Assembly: GCF_008065095.1 (NCBI RefSeq)
Contig: NZ_CP042911.1
Coordinates: 8,130,001-8,162,000 of the forward strand
From: Gemmata obscuriglobus
GTDB lineage: Bacteria > Planctomycetota > Planctomycetia > Gemmatales > Gemmataceae
Direction: 5' to 3'
DNA length: 32,000 bases
In this document: positions 6,431 to 15,511 of the stretch, in pieces
Layout: the number at the start of each line of letters is the position of its first letter
Numbering within the stretch: the first letter of the stretch is position 1
The notes under the pieces: generated by a model
What the model was told of the DNA's origin: nothing
Databases searched by the model: none
The model's input: the letters and a program-made list of their open reading frames with translations, nothing else
Translations under genes and position numbers: made by a program

Positions 6431-8434
6431 TCACTTCTGCTTCGGGGCGGGCCAGCGGCGGAGCGTGCCCCCCTCGTCACCCGAGTACACCGCGTCACCC
6501 GTCGGGGCGAACGCGACCGTCCGCACCGGCCGGTCGTGGCCCACGAACGCGGCGAGCGGAAGCCCGTCCTCGGCGCGGTAGACGCGCACGGTCGCGTCCG
6601 CGCCGCCGCTCGCCAGTAGCTTGCCGTCCGGGCTGAGCGAGCAGCACACGACGGCGCCGTCGTGGCCGCTCAGCTTCGTGAACGTGCCCGAACTAGGCTG
6701 CCGCACGGCCAGCCCCTCGCGCCCGGCCACCGCCACCCGCTTCGCGGCGTACGACATCGCCCCGATCGCCCCAACCTGGGCCGGGAGCACCCCCTTCGAC
6801 TTGCCCGTCTTCAGGTCCCACTGCCGCACGGTGCCGTCGGCGCCGGCCGAGAGGAGCGAGTCGGCGGTCACGAACGCGACCGCGGTGACCGCCGACGTGT
6901 GGCCCTTGACGCACACCGCCGAGGTGGGCCGGCCGGCCTCGCGGAGCCACAGCCACACCATCTTGTCCGCGGACCCGGCCGCGATGCCTTGTCCGTCCGG
7001 CGACACGTCGACCCCGTGGATGTTGTCCGTCGGGCCGCGGAGCGGGCGCCCCTGGTTGCCGGTGCTCAGGTCCCACAACTGGACCCCCATGTCCGACGCG
7101 CTCAGCCGGATCGCGCACGTCGCCACCCACTTGCCGCTCGGCGCGATCGCCAGGTGCTCCACCGGCCCGAGGTCGCCCAGGATCGCCTTCTGCTCCTTCA
7201 GCGTCGCGGGGTGCCACAGCTTCAGCGCCCCGTCGGCCCCGGTGAGCAGGAACGCCCCGTCCGGGGCCGCGGCCATCGCGCCGATCGCGCCGTCGTGCCC
7301 CTTCGCGTACACCGACGCCACCACCGGGGCGGCCCGGGTCCCGGGTTTCGGCGGGGCCTCCTTCAGGATCGCGTCGAGCACGGCCGCCAGTTCCGCGGGC
7401 GTCTGGTACCGGTCCTTGGGGTCCAGGGACATCAGCTTGCGGATGACGGCGTCCACGGTGACGGGCACGTCGGACCGCTTGGCGGCGGCGGACGGCGGCG
7501 GCTCGGTGAGCTGCTTGCGGAGCTTCGCCGCCAGCGTCTTGCCCGGGAACGGCACCTCGCCGGTGAGGCAGAAGTACATGGCCCCGCCCAGCGAGTACAG
7601 GTCGCTGCGGCTGTCCGCGGCCCGCGGGTTCTCGGCCTGCTCGGGCGCGACGTAGTCCGGCGTGCCCACGAACACGCCCGGCTGCGTGAGGTCGTCGGTC
7701 TCGGGGTCGACGTGGTCCACGTCGGCGACCCGCGCGAGCCCCATGTCGAGGATCTTCACCTTCGGCAGCCGGCCGGTGCGGCCCTCGGCCGGCGCCAGCG
7801 GCGACGGGCTGATCATCAGGTTCGACGGCTTGATGTCGCGGTGGACCAGCTTCACCTCGTGGGCGTGCTGGAGCCCCTCGGCCACCTGGCGGGCGTAGTA
7901 CACCACGTCCACCACCGGGAGCGGCCCCGTCTGCTTCACCAGCCGCAGCAGGTCGATTCCGGGGACGTACTCCATCGCCACGAACGGGATCTCGCCGTCC
8001 AGTTCGGTCTGGAACACGGTGACGATGCACGGGTCGCTCAGGCGCCCGGAGGCGCGCACCTCGCGTTTGAACCGCGTGCGGGAGCCGGGCTGGTCGAGCT
8101 TCCCCGGGGAAATGACCTTGAGCGCCACCAGGCGGTTCACGCCCGGCTGTTTGGCCTTGTAGATGACCCCCATGCCGCCGCGGTTGATCTCTTCAATGAT
8201 CTCGTAGCCGGCGATGACCCGGCCCGGTCCGATCGCGGCCCCGCGGGCGGGCGCCGAACCGGCTTCCGGGGGCGGGGGCGAAATCGGTCCGGTCGCAGGG
8301 GGACGAGTGTTCTCGCGGGTGTTCTCGCTCGCCAACGCGCAGACCGGGCAGACGGTGCGCGGGTCGTCCGGGACCGGCTCACCGGTCGGGTGCTCCCAAA
8401 CGTTCCCGCAAGGGCAAGTGAGGCGCGTTGCCAT
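6431..8434 (-). CDS. Ser/Thr protein kinase with an N-terminal zinc-ribbon and a C-terminal WD40 beta-propeller
   Basis: The N-terminus MATRLTCPCGNVWEH...CPVC is zinc-ribbon-like. Hanks kinase motifs are present: GGMGVIYKAKQ, HRDIKPSNLM, DMGLAR, APEQ. The C-terminal half has repeated WD-type blades (GHDGAIGAMAAAPDG, LWD, VRQWD, VRVY). An alternative upstream in-frame start lies at 8473. Confidence 0.9.
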   Translation of the reverse strand: MATRLTCPCGNVWEHPTGEPVPDDPRTVCPVCALASENTRENTRPPATGPISPPPPEAGSAPARGAAIGPGRVIAGYEIIEEINRGGMGVIYKAKQPGVNRLVALKVISPGKLDQPGSRTRFKREVRASGRLSDPCIVTVFQTELDGEIPFVAMEYVPGIDLLRLVKQTGPLPVVDVVYYARQVAEGLQHAHEVKLVHRDIKPSNLMISPSPLAPAEGRTGRLPKVKILDMGLARVADVDHVDPETDDLTQPGVFVGTPDYVAPEQAENPRAADSRSDLYSLGGAMYFCLTGEVPFPGKTLAAKLRKQLTEPPPSAAAKRSDVPVTVDAVIRKLMSLDPKDRYQTPAELAAVLDAILKEAPPKPGTRAAPVVASVYAKGHDGAIGAMAAAPDGAFLLTGADGALKLWHPATLKEQKAILGDLGPVEHLAIAPSGKWVATCAIRLSASDMGVQLWDLSTGNQGRPLRGPTDNIHGVDVSPDGQGIAAGSADKMVWLWLREAGRPTSAVCVKGHTSAVTAVAFVTADSLLSAGADGTVRQWDLKTGKSKGVLPAQVGAIGAMSYAAKRVAVAGREGLAVRQPSSGTFTKLSGHDGAVVCCSLSPDGKLLASGGADATVRVYRAEDGLPLAAFVGHDRPVRTVAFAPTGDAVYSGDEGGTLRRWPAPKQK

Positions 8435-8740
8435 GCGCGGTTCCGAGCGACAGTGGGCGGAGAGTGCGGGCACCCTATTCTATCGCATTTCCGCGCGGCG
8501 CCCCCGCGCGGAATACGGTCCCTGCGGCGGTCCGCCGGTTGCAGCCCTCAATAACGAGCGCGGCGGAGGAACCGTTTCGTAGCGGCCCGCGTCGCGCGGG
8601 TGGGACGGTTCGGGCGCGGGAGGTGCTGCGAGTCGCAACAGCAGGGTGCGCCGAGGGCAGCGGTTCTCGGCACGGATATGATGCCCGTCCCGGAGCGAAC
8701 ATTTCACCCCAGACAGACCCGAGGATCAAGTTCTCCGGCG

Positions 8741-10186
8741 TCAGCCGACCAGGAGCCGGCCGAGGGTGAACAGCAGTCCGGCCAGCAACATGCACGCGGG
8801 CAGCGTCAGCGCCCACGCGAGTAAGATTTTCCGACACGTCCCGCCCTGCACCCCCGACCCGTTTGCGACCATCGTGCCCGCCACGCCGCTCGACAGCACT
8901 TGCGTCGTGCTCACAGGGAGTTTGACCATGTCCGCGGCCAGAATCGTCGCCGCCGCCACCGCCTCCGCCGCCGCACCCTGCCCGTAGGTGAGGTGCGTTT
9001 TGCCGATCTTCTCCGCCACCGTCACCACGATCCGCTTGTACCCGACGCACGTCCCGATCCCGAGCGCCAGTGCGGTGCCGACCACCACCCACACCGGCAC
9101 GAACTCGATCGTCGGCGCGATGCGGGTCTTCCTCACCCGTTCCAGTTCGGCCCGGAACTCCGCAGGGGTGCCGCGGTCGGCCCCCGCCCGCTTGATTTCG
9201 CGGTTCGTCCGGAACAGCGATTGGCGCACCTCCCACCGCACGTTCTTCGGCTGGCCGTTCTCGTCCTTCTCCTCGCGCGTCCGCAGGTCGTTGAGGCTGC
9301 CGAGCCCGTCGAGGTGTCCCGCAACGTACCGGAGGTCCCGGTCCAGCGCGTCCGGCAGCGGCACCTCGTACTTCGCGTACGCCGCACGCACCTCGTTTGT
9401 GGCGTGCAGGAGTTGCGGCACCTTCTCAGGGTCGTTGACGTTAAGCGCGTAGTGGACCGGCATGAACCCGATCAGCACCAGCAGCAACAGCCCCATCCCT
9501 TTTTGGCCGTCGTTCGAACCGTGGGCGAAGCTGACCCCGCCGCAGGTGCAAATGAGCACCACCCGCACCCACCGCGGCGGGCGGTCGCCGTCGTGCGGCG
9601 GTTCGTACAGCTTCGGCTCTTTCAGCGTGCGCCGCATGACCAGGAGCAGGGCCGCGGCCACAACGAACCCGAATAACGGCGACAGGAGCAGCCCCGCCCC
9701 GACCTCGCCGGCCTTGGCCCAATTCACCCCCCTGAGCCCCTCGCCCTTCCAGAGGCTGTTGGCCATCCCGACCCCGAGGATCGAACCGATGAGCGTGTGC
9801 GAACTCGACACCGGGAGCCCCAGGTACCACGTTCCGAGGTTCCACATCACCCCGGCGAAGAGCAGCGCCAGGACCATCACGAGGGCGGCGTTGGAGTTGG
9901 CGTCGATGAGCAAATCGACGGGCAGCAGGTTCACGATGCTAAACGCCACCGCCGCCCCGCCGGCCAGAACCGTGAGGAGCGCGCCGAGGAAGTTCATCAC
10001 CCCCGAGTACAGCACCGCGGGCGTGGCCGAGAGCGTGCGGGTGTAAATGACCGTGGTGACGGCGTTGGCGGTGTCGTGGAAGCCGTTGATGAACTCGAAC
10101 GCGAACGCCACCAGCAGAGCGACGAACAGGAAAACCAGCGGCCAGCCGCCCATTTCACCGACCGCGTTCCAAAAATCCATCACCAC
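8741..10186 (-). CDS. Inorganic phosphate transporter, PiT (PHO4) family
   Basis: 481 aa. The N-terminus FEFINGFHDTANAVTTVIYT and the later GSNDGQKGMGL are the duplicated PiT signature regions. The protein is multi-pass hydrophobic with a large central hydrophilic loop. Confidence 0.9.
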   Translation of the reverse strand: MVMDFWNAVGEMGGWPLVFLFVALLVAFAFEFINGFHDTANAVTTVIYTRTLSATPAVLYSGVMNFLGALLTVLAGGAAVAFSIVNLLPVDLLIDANSNAALVMVLALLFAGVMWNLGTWYLGLPVSSSHTLIGSILGVGMANSLWKGEGLRGVNWAKAGEVGAGLLLSPLFGFVVAAALLLVMRRTLKEPKLYEPPHDGDRPPRWVRVVLICTCGGVSFAHGSNDGQKGMGLLLLVLIGFMPVHYALNVNDPEKVPQLLHATNEVRAAYAKYEVPLPDALDRDLRYVAGHLDGLGSLNDLRTREEKDENGQPKNVRWEVRQSLFRTNREIKRAGADRGTPAEFRAELERVRKTRIAPTIEFVPVWVVVGTALALGIGTCVGYKRIVVTVAEKIGKTHLTYGQGAAAEAVAAATILAADMVKLPVSTTQVLSSGVAGTMVANGSGVQGGTCRKILLAWALTLPACMLLAGLLFTLGRLLVG

Positions 10187-10287
10187 GCCTCTGAGCGATT
10201 CACAAGTCCCTCACCACTAGGTAGTTCGACTTGGGGCTTTCAAAACAAGTGTCACTGCCGCTTCTTCGCGCAATCTTCACGATTGCG

Positions 10288-10389
10288 GTAGTTTCAAGTT
10301 CCAGGTTCCAGGTCGGAACTTGGCTCGTCAAAAAGCTCCGGTGCCTCGTGCCGTCGTGACTTCACTTGGAACCTGAAACTTGAAACTAC
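10288..10389. promoter_or_regulatory. Imperfect 23-bp inverted repeat (10288-10310 and 10367-10389, 1 mismatch) in the relatively AT-rich divergent region upstream of the PiT gene
   Basis: gtagtttcaagttccaggttcca compared with the reverse complement of ttggaacctgaaacttgaaactac. It lies about 100-200 nt upstream of the PiT start codon. The function is not demonstrable from sequence. Confidence 0.4.
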
Positions 10390-10503
10390 TGGATTGGGTC
10401 GGGCGCGGTTCCGGCACGAGTGTTGCATTAACACACACGGCCAGTCAGAGACGGCCGCCGGACTCGATCGCCTTTTCTCACCCTCCGTTGACGGAGTGCC
10501 GAT

Positions 10504-10629
10504 ATGACCCCGCACGAACAACCGACGAGCCGTTTGGGTAAGATCCGCTGGGGGCTTGCGGCCCTGCTGTTGGGCTTGCCGCTGCCGGTGGTGATAATCG
10601 CGTTCCTCGCGCCCGGTTGTGGTCGTTGA
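10504..10629 (+). CDS. Possible small (41-aa) membrane protein, below the size cutoff of the supplied ORF track
   Basis: ATG at 10504 preceded by GGAG (acggagtgccgatATG). The product is MTPHEQPTSRLGKIRWGLAALLLGLPLPVVIIAFLAPGCGR, with a charged N-terminus and one hydrophobic helix. The TGA is at 10627-10629. A strong + strand intrinsic terminator begins 23 nt downstream. Confidence 0.35.
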   Translation: MTPHEQPTSRLGKIRWGLAALLLGLPLPVVIIAFLAPGCGR

Positions 10630-10651
10630 TCGGGCGGTGGTACGTGGCATC

Positions 10652-10716
10652 AACGTTCGGCGCCGCGGCGGCGGGAAGGAACCTTCCCGCCGCCGCGCCC
10701 CGAACGTTTCTATTTT
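10652..10716 (+). terminator. Rho-independent terminator (about 27-bp GC-rich stem, 2-nt loop, T-rich tail)
   Basis: aacgttcggcgccgcggcggcgggaagg aa ccttcccgccgccgcgccccgaacgtt is followed by tctatttt. The T tract is on the + strand, so it fits the small + strand ORF. It could also stop the convergent kinase transcript. Confidence 0.7.
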
Positions 10717-10771
10717 GAACTCGCTTTGCGGCCCTGCTCGATGCCGGTCTTCGCGTTCGGCCCCGCACAGA

Positions 10772-13700
10772 TTACGAGCGCTTCACCTCGCGCGGCCGCG
10801 GAGCGGTGCGGTCCTTCTGTTTCAACGTGTCCGTGAGGTTCTGTTGTGCGGGGCCGTTGCTCGGGTTGATGCTCAGGGCCGCGCGGAACTCGGCGATCGC
10901 GCCGTCGAGGTCGCCCAGATCCCGAAGAGCGTTGCCCAGGCCGTTGTGCCCGGCGGAGTGGTTCGGGTCGAGCGCGAGCAGCTCCCGGTACGCTTTCACG
11001 GCCCCGGCGGGGTCCTTCGCGGCCCGCAGAGCGACGCCCAGGTTGTACCGCGCCCGCAGATGTTTCGGGTCGAGCCGGATCGCTTCCTTGTAGGCGGAGG
11101 CGGCGCCCCGCGGGTCGCCCGTCTGGCGCAACAGCATCCCGAGGTTGTTGTGCAGCCCGGGTTCCGCCGGGGCGTAACGAAGGGCGTCGCGGAACGCGCC
11201 GATCGCGCCGTCCAGGTCTTCCCGGTCCCACAGCAAGTGCCCCAGCGCCGAAGCGGCGCCCGGGTTCGCCGGGTTCAGCTTCAGCGACTCACGGTACGCG
11301 CGGATCGCACCGGTCGTGTCGCGCTTCAACTGTAGGGCGCGGCCGAGTTCGGCGTGGGCCACCGCGGACCGCGGGTCGCACTCGACGGCCGCGCGCAAGC
11401 TCTGCACCGCCGCGTCCAGTTCGCGGGTCCGCAGCAGCGCGTTCCCGAGGTTGGCGTGCGCGGCCGCGAACTTCGGGTTCATCTCCAGCGCCTGACGGAA
11501 CTTGACGATCGCCCCGCGCAGGTCGCCGGCGGTGGCGAGCGCGGAACCGTAGTTGTTGTGGAACTCCGGGTACGGGCAGTCCGGGTCGGCGCGCATGAGT
11601 TCCTCGTACACCCGAACCGCGCCGGGGCCGTCGCCCTTCGCCCGCAGCGCGATCGCCTTAATGTTCAGCGCGTTGAGGTCGCGCGGGTCGAGGCGGAGCG
11701 CCTCGCGGGCCGCGGCCAGCGCTTCGTCGTACTGCTCGCCGTCGCGCAGCGCGATCCCCAACTTGTTCCACGCCAGCACGCTCTGCGGGCGCAGCGCGAC
11801 GGCCGCCTGGAACCACCGCGCCCGCTCGGCCGCGCCCTCCTTGGAGTTCATCGGGTACGTGCCCCCGAGTTCCATCAGCACCCGCACGCTGCCCGGCGCC
11901 CGGTCCCACTCCGCCGCCAGCAGCGCCCGCCGCCGGGCGGGGGACAGCCCCGGGCGCACCGCCGCGGCCAGCGCGATCACGAACCGCGCCGGCTGGTCGC
12001 CGAGCCCCGCCGCGGTGAGCCGGGCCAGTCCCGCCCCGTCGCGCGCCTGAACCGCCGCGCGGACGGCGTCGCGGGTCGGGTCCGGGTCCGCCTCGTGCAA
12101 GAGGGCCGCGAGGTCGGCCGTGCCGGCGGCCCCGAGCCACAGGTCCAAGGTGAGCAGCACCCGGTCGCGGATCAGCGAGTCGTTCACGCGGCGCGCGGCC
12201 TCGGCCGGCGGGGCGTTCGGTACGATTCCCGCTTGCGCGAGCGCCGTCGCCCACCGGGTCTGGAGGTCGGCGGCCAGGGGCAGTTGCCCGTTCACCGGGG
12301 TCCAGGCGAAGGTCTCGACCTCGTCGAGGCGCGTGAGCAGCGCGTGGTCGGTGCGGCACCGGGCGATGCGCGCACCGAACTCCTCGCCGCCGGGCTGGCC
12401 CTCCCGGCGGGTGACATCCGCGAGCGCGAGCGCGGCGGTAGCAGCGTCGTCGTTGCGGAGCGCGGCCTCACACCGGTCGAGGTCGGCGGCCAGGGCGCGG
12501 CGGTTGTCGGCGGCGGCGCGGGCGTCCTTCTCGCTCTGGCGCAGGTCGGCGGCGGCGCGCTCGCGCTCGGCCCGCTCGGCCTCGATCCGCCGCTCGGCGG
12601 CCTTATGATCGAGCCACCAGCCGGTTCCGGCGGCGCCGAGGAGCATGAGCGCCACCGCCGCGAGTAGCGCCAGTTGCACCCGGCGGCGCTTGCGCTGCTC
12701 GGTCGCTTTCACCTCGGCCGCGGCGCGCTCCGACTCGGCGGCCCGGAGCCGGGTTTCCACCCCGGCGCGGTAACGCGCGACCGCGTCCGCGACCGCCTTG
12801 CCGTCCGCGGGGCGGTCCGCGGCCCAGGGGGCCAGACAGCGGCGGGCCAACTCCACCAGGTCCGCGGGCGCGCCGCTCGCGCCGAGCGCGGCGAGCGGTT
12901 CGTCGAGGATGCCCGCGGCGGTCGCTCCGATCACCTCGGTCGAGTGGCGCCCCGCGAACGGGCGCGAGCCGGTGAGCACCTCACACAGGACGGCGCCGAG
13001 GCTGAACACGTCGGCCCGCGGGTCCACGGGCTCGCCCCGGGCCTGCTCGGGCGCCATGTACGAGGGCGTCCCGAGCACCTGTCCCGCGGCCGTCACTTCG
13101 GTACTGTGGTCGGACGAGAACGCGTCCGACGACCCGGTGCGGTCGCCGAGCGTTTTCGGCTCGTCTCCGGTTCCCTGTGCTCGGGTCGGCGCGTCCGGCC
13201 CCCCGGCGGTTTTGGCGAGCCCCCAGTCCATGACCTGCACTTCGCCGAACTCGCCCACCATGATGTTCGCGGGCTTCAGGTCGCGGTGGACGACGCCGCG
13301 CGCGTGCGCGAACCCGACGGCCAGGCACACGTGCTCGAAGATCTGGACGAACCGGTTCAGCTCGTCGGCCGGGGAGGCGCGGTCGCGGAGCAGGGCTGTG
13401 AGGGTGCGCCCCTCGATCAGCTTCATTACGAGGAACGGCGTACCGTCGCCGAACCGCCCCAGGGCGTAAACCGGCGGAATGTTGGGGTGCGGGAGCTGGG
13501 CCGTGATTTCGGCTTCGATGACGAACCGCCGGGCGCCGTCGCGGCCGGCGCGCGGGAGCAGCACCTTGATCGCGACCGGGCGGTTGAGCGTGAGTTCGCG
13601 GGCGGCGAGGACGCGCCCCATGCCGCCGCGGGCGAGTTCGCGGGCGACCTCGTACCCGGGCACGGCGGGCACCTCTTCGCCCAGCATTTGCCGCCGCGCC

Positions 13701-13798
13701 GCGAGCGGATCGGTGAACCGGGCGACGGTCGCACTGGAATCGGGCGCGTGGGGCGAGTTCGGTCCCGACACGCGGGTCGCGGACAGATCGTCGGGCAT
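10772..13798 (-). CDS. Ser/Thr protein kinase with a transmembrane segment, coiled-coil region and C-terminal TPR array
   Basis: Kinase motifs are present: GGMGRVLAAREL, HRDLKPANIMV, DWGLAK, APEQARG. The TM helix is VQLALLAAVALMLLGAAGTGWWL. The C-terminal half has about 9 TPR-like 34-aa repeats (AHANLGNALL, AHAELGRALQ, LHNNLGMLLRQTGD and others). The ATG at 13798 has GAGG 9 nt upstream. There is an alternative GTG at 13852. Confidence 0.9.
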   Translation of the reverse strand: MPDDLSATRVSGPNSPHAPDSSATVARFTDPLAARRQMLGEEVPAVPGYEVARELARGGMGRVLAARELTLNRPVAIKVLLPRAGRDGARRFVIEAEITAQLPHPNIPPVYALGRFGDGTPFLVMKLIEGRTLTALLRDRASPADELNRFVQIFEHVCLAVGFAHARGVVHRDLKPANIMVGEFGEVQVMDWGLAKTAGGPDAPTRAQGTGDEPKTLGDRTGSSDAFSSDHSTEVTAAGQVLGTPSYMAPEQARGEPVDPRADVFSLGAVLCEVLTGSRPFAGRHSTEVIGATAAGILDEPLAALGASGAPADLVELARRCLAPWAADRPADGKAVADAVARYRAGVETRLRAAESERAAAEVKATEQRKRRRVQLALLAAVALMLLGAAGTGWWLDHKAAERRIEAERAERERAAADLRQSEKDARAAADNRRALAADLDRCEAALRNDDAATAALALADVTRREGQPGGEEFGARIARCRTDHALLTRLDEVETFAWTPVNGQLPLAADLQTRWATALAQAGIVPNAPPAEAARRVNDSLIRDRVLLTLDLWLGAAGTADLAALLHEADPDPTRDAVRAAVQARDGAGLARLTAAGLGDQPARFVIALAAAVRPGLSPARRRALLAAEWDRAPGSVRVLMELGGTYPMNSKEGAAERARWFQAAVALRPQSVLAWNKLGIALRDGEQYDEALAAAREALRLDPRDLNALNIKAIALRAKGDGPGAVRVYEELMRADPDCPYPEFHNNYGSALATAGDLRGAIVKFRQALEMNPKFAAAHANLGNALLRTRELDAAVQSLRAAVECDPRSAVAHAELGRALQLKRDTTGAIRAYRESLKLNPANPGAASALGHLLWDREDLDGAIGAFRDALRYAPAEPGLHNNLGMLLRQTGDPRGAASAYKEAIRLDPKHLRARYNLGVALRAAKDPAGAVKAYRELLALDPNHSAGHNGLGNALRDLGDLDGAIAEFRAALSINPSNGPAQQNLTDTLKQKDRTAPRPREVKRS

Positions 13799-14022
13799 CG
13801 TCGGGCCTCGGGAGGGTATCCCCAATGATAGCCCGTCGGCCGCGGCGGTCACGCGCCACTCTGTCGCTCGCCGGAAAAGACGAGTTTTGCGCCTTTACCA
13901 GTGACTACAAAGTTATGGTTCCATTCGTACCGCTCGCGCGGGCCGAACGGTGCTCTGTTAAGGTGATTAGCAAAATTCTAGGGCTGGGTTTGGGTTGGGG
14001 CGGCGGCCCGGATCAGACGGTT

Positions 14023-14990
14023 AGACTCGTTGCGCAATAGCGGTCGGTGGGCTATTCATAGGGCATGACGAATTACGAGAAGTTGTGTCGTAAGCCGTTG
14101 TTGTTCCGGATGTTCACGGGGTTGTCGGCCGCCGAGTTCGACCAGTTGGTGGCAGATCTCGAACCGGTGTGGCTCGCCCGCAAGGCCAAACGAGCCGCGG
14201 GCCGCCCGCGCCAACGCAAGCCCGGGGCCGGGCGCCCGGTGAAGCTGCTGTTCACCGAGCGGCTGCTGATGGTGTTGCTGTACGATCGGGTGTACGTCCC
14301 GCAGGAGTTCGTCGGGTTCTTGTTCGGGGTCGATAAGGGAACCGTGTCTCGTGGCGTTCAGGAACTGGGACTGTGCATGGCCGGGGTGTTCCGCATCCCC
14401 GAGCGCCAGGTGCGGATCGACCCGGACGATCTGGTCGCGGTGTTCGTGGACGCGACCGAGCAACCGGTCAACCGCCCGAGTCGGAGGCAGCGGCGCAGCT
14501 ACTCGGGGAAGAAGAAGCGTCACACGGTGAAGCACCAGGTGGTGGTGACGCGCAAGCGAAAGGAGCCGGGGGGCAAGCAGAAGGTGCGGATCAAGGCGGT
14601 GTCGAAGGCGGCCAAGGGTCGCGTTCACGACAAGAAGATGTACGACCAGTCGCGGCTGCGAATCGCCCCCGAAGTACCGAAGTCGGGTGACAGCGGGTAC
14701 CAGGGGAGCAACCTGCGGGTGCCCAGGAAGAAGCCGAGGAACGGTGCGCTGAGCGACGAGGAGAAGCGATCCAATCGGCGCTTGGCACGGGAGCGGATCG
14801 TGGCCGAGCACGGGATCGGGAAGATGAAGATCTGGCGGATCGCGGCGGACCGGTACCGCAACCCGCCGCGCCGGCACACGGTCATGATGAAGAATGTGGC
14901 CGGGCTCCACAACCGCATGTACGGCTAATGCACACACATAATGGTGAGCACGGGGGCCGCCTCAACTCACGCCTATTGCGCAACGAGTCT
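14023..14990 (+). mobile_element. IS5-like insertion sequence (968 bp) with a DDE_Tnp_4-type transposase
   Basis: Perfect 18-bp terminal inverted repeats: agactcgttgcgcaatag (14023-14040) and ctattgcgcaacgagtct (14973-14990). They are flanked by GTT on both sides (14020-14022 and 14991-14993), consistent with a 3-bp target duplication. Confidence 0.8.
14065..14928 (+). CDS. IS5-family (HTH_Tnp_4 + DDE_Tnp_4 type) transposase
   Basis: 287 aa. The N-terminus MTNYEKLCRKPLLFRMFTGLSAAEFDQLV is typical of this transposase group. It also has DATEQPVNRP, YSGKKKRHTVKHQVVV, GDSGYQG and RERIVAEHGIGKMKIW. GC3 is lower than in neighbouring genes. Confidence 0.9.
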   Translation: MTNYEKLCRKPLLFRMFTGLSAAEFDQLVADLEPVWLARKAKRAAGRPRQRKPGAGRPVKLLFTERLLMVLLYDRVYVPQEFVGFLFGVDKGTVSRGVQELGLCMAGVFRIPERQVRIDPDDLVAVFVDATEQPVNRPSRRQRRSYSGKKKRHTVKHQVVVTRKRKEPGGKQKVRIKAVSKAAKGRVHDKKMYDQSRLRIAPEVPKSGDSGYQGSNLRVPRKKPRNGALSDEEKRSNRRLARERIVAEHGIGKMKIWRIAADRYRNPPRRHTVMMKNVAGLHNRMYG

Positions 14991-15403
14991 GTTATACAGG
15001 AAGGTCCTCAGGTGTTCGCCGCGGTGGTTGTGCCGGAATCCATACTCGGCCAGGTACAGCGGCAAGTTCCCCGGCTCGACCCCGTGGACGTGCCGGTACA
15101 GCCGCTTCACGGAGCTCCAGAAGCCCTCGATCCCGTTGATATGCGCGGCCCCCACCCCGAACGTCTCCTGGTGGTTGATCGGGACGTGCTTGCCGTGGCT
15201 CTGGACATCGTTGTAGCCGGCGAACTCGTCCGTGTGGAACACGCTCCCCTTGACCGTTCCCACTCCGTCTTGCGCCGGTGAGAGCTCCACTCGGCCCGGC
15301 AACTGGGGCACTGCCGCTGCCGGGCCGAACTCTGGTGTGTGGCCTGGTGGCACCGCCAACAGAGTCGCTCGACCAAGTGCCGCTCATACTCTTCGAGGGT
15401 CAT
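14991..15403 (-). pseudogene. IS1595-family transposase remnant (frameshifted, internally deleted, 3' end split off by the IS5-like insertion)
   Basis: One frame gives an N-terminal Cys-rich zinc-ribbon-like segment (CWRCH...CPSCRAEWS). A second frame gives the C-terminal DDE end FHTDEFAGYNDV...HINGIEGFWSSVKRLYRHVHGV...LYLAEYGFRHNHRG. Removing the IS5-like element and one GTT restores ...FLYNRLIRAAAPTQTQP with a stop at 13978-13980 inside the IS1595 end. Confidence 0.7.
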
Positions 15404-15511
15404 CGGGACAGCCTACTTGCTGCCCGAGAATTTTGCTAATCACCAGTGAATTTCTCCTGCGCGTGGGCGCCACGCTCGGCATGCGTCGTTTTCCCACGCC
15501 GCAACTCCGCG

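Larger units (their letters stand above)
13962..15444 (-). mobile_element. Internally deleted IS1595-family element carrying a nested IS5-like insertion
   Basis: Perfect 18-bp terminal inverted repeats: ggtgattagcaaaattct (13962-13979) and agaattttgctaatcacc (15427-15444). Its own sequence is only about 512 bp once the nested IS is removed. I found no target-site duplication. Confidence 0.65.

Noticed and set aside
8485-8509. A 10-bp GC hairpin (ttccgcgcgg cgccc ccgcgcggaa) between the PiT stop and the WD40-kinase start, considered as a terminator for the PiT gene.
   Set aside because: On the minus strand it is not followed by a U-tract, and it lies about 230 nt after the PiT stop. It may be a 5' UTR structure of the kinase or have no function, and there is no way to decide from sequence.
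10294-10653. 119-aa minus-strand ORF and other ORFs (10478-10768 -, 10619-11335 +) in the PiT/kinase intergenic region.
   Set aside because: They span the AT-rich inverted repeat and the terminator hairpin, have no motifs and have poor coding character. The short + strand ORF at 10504-10629 explains the region better.
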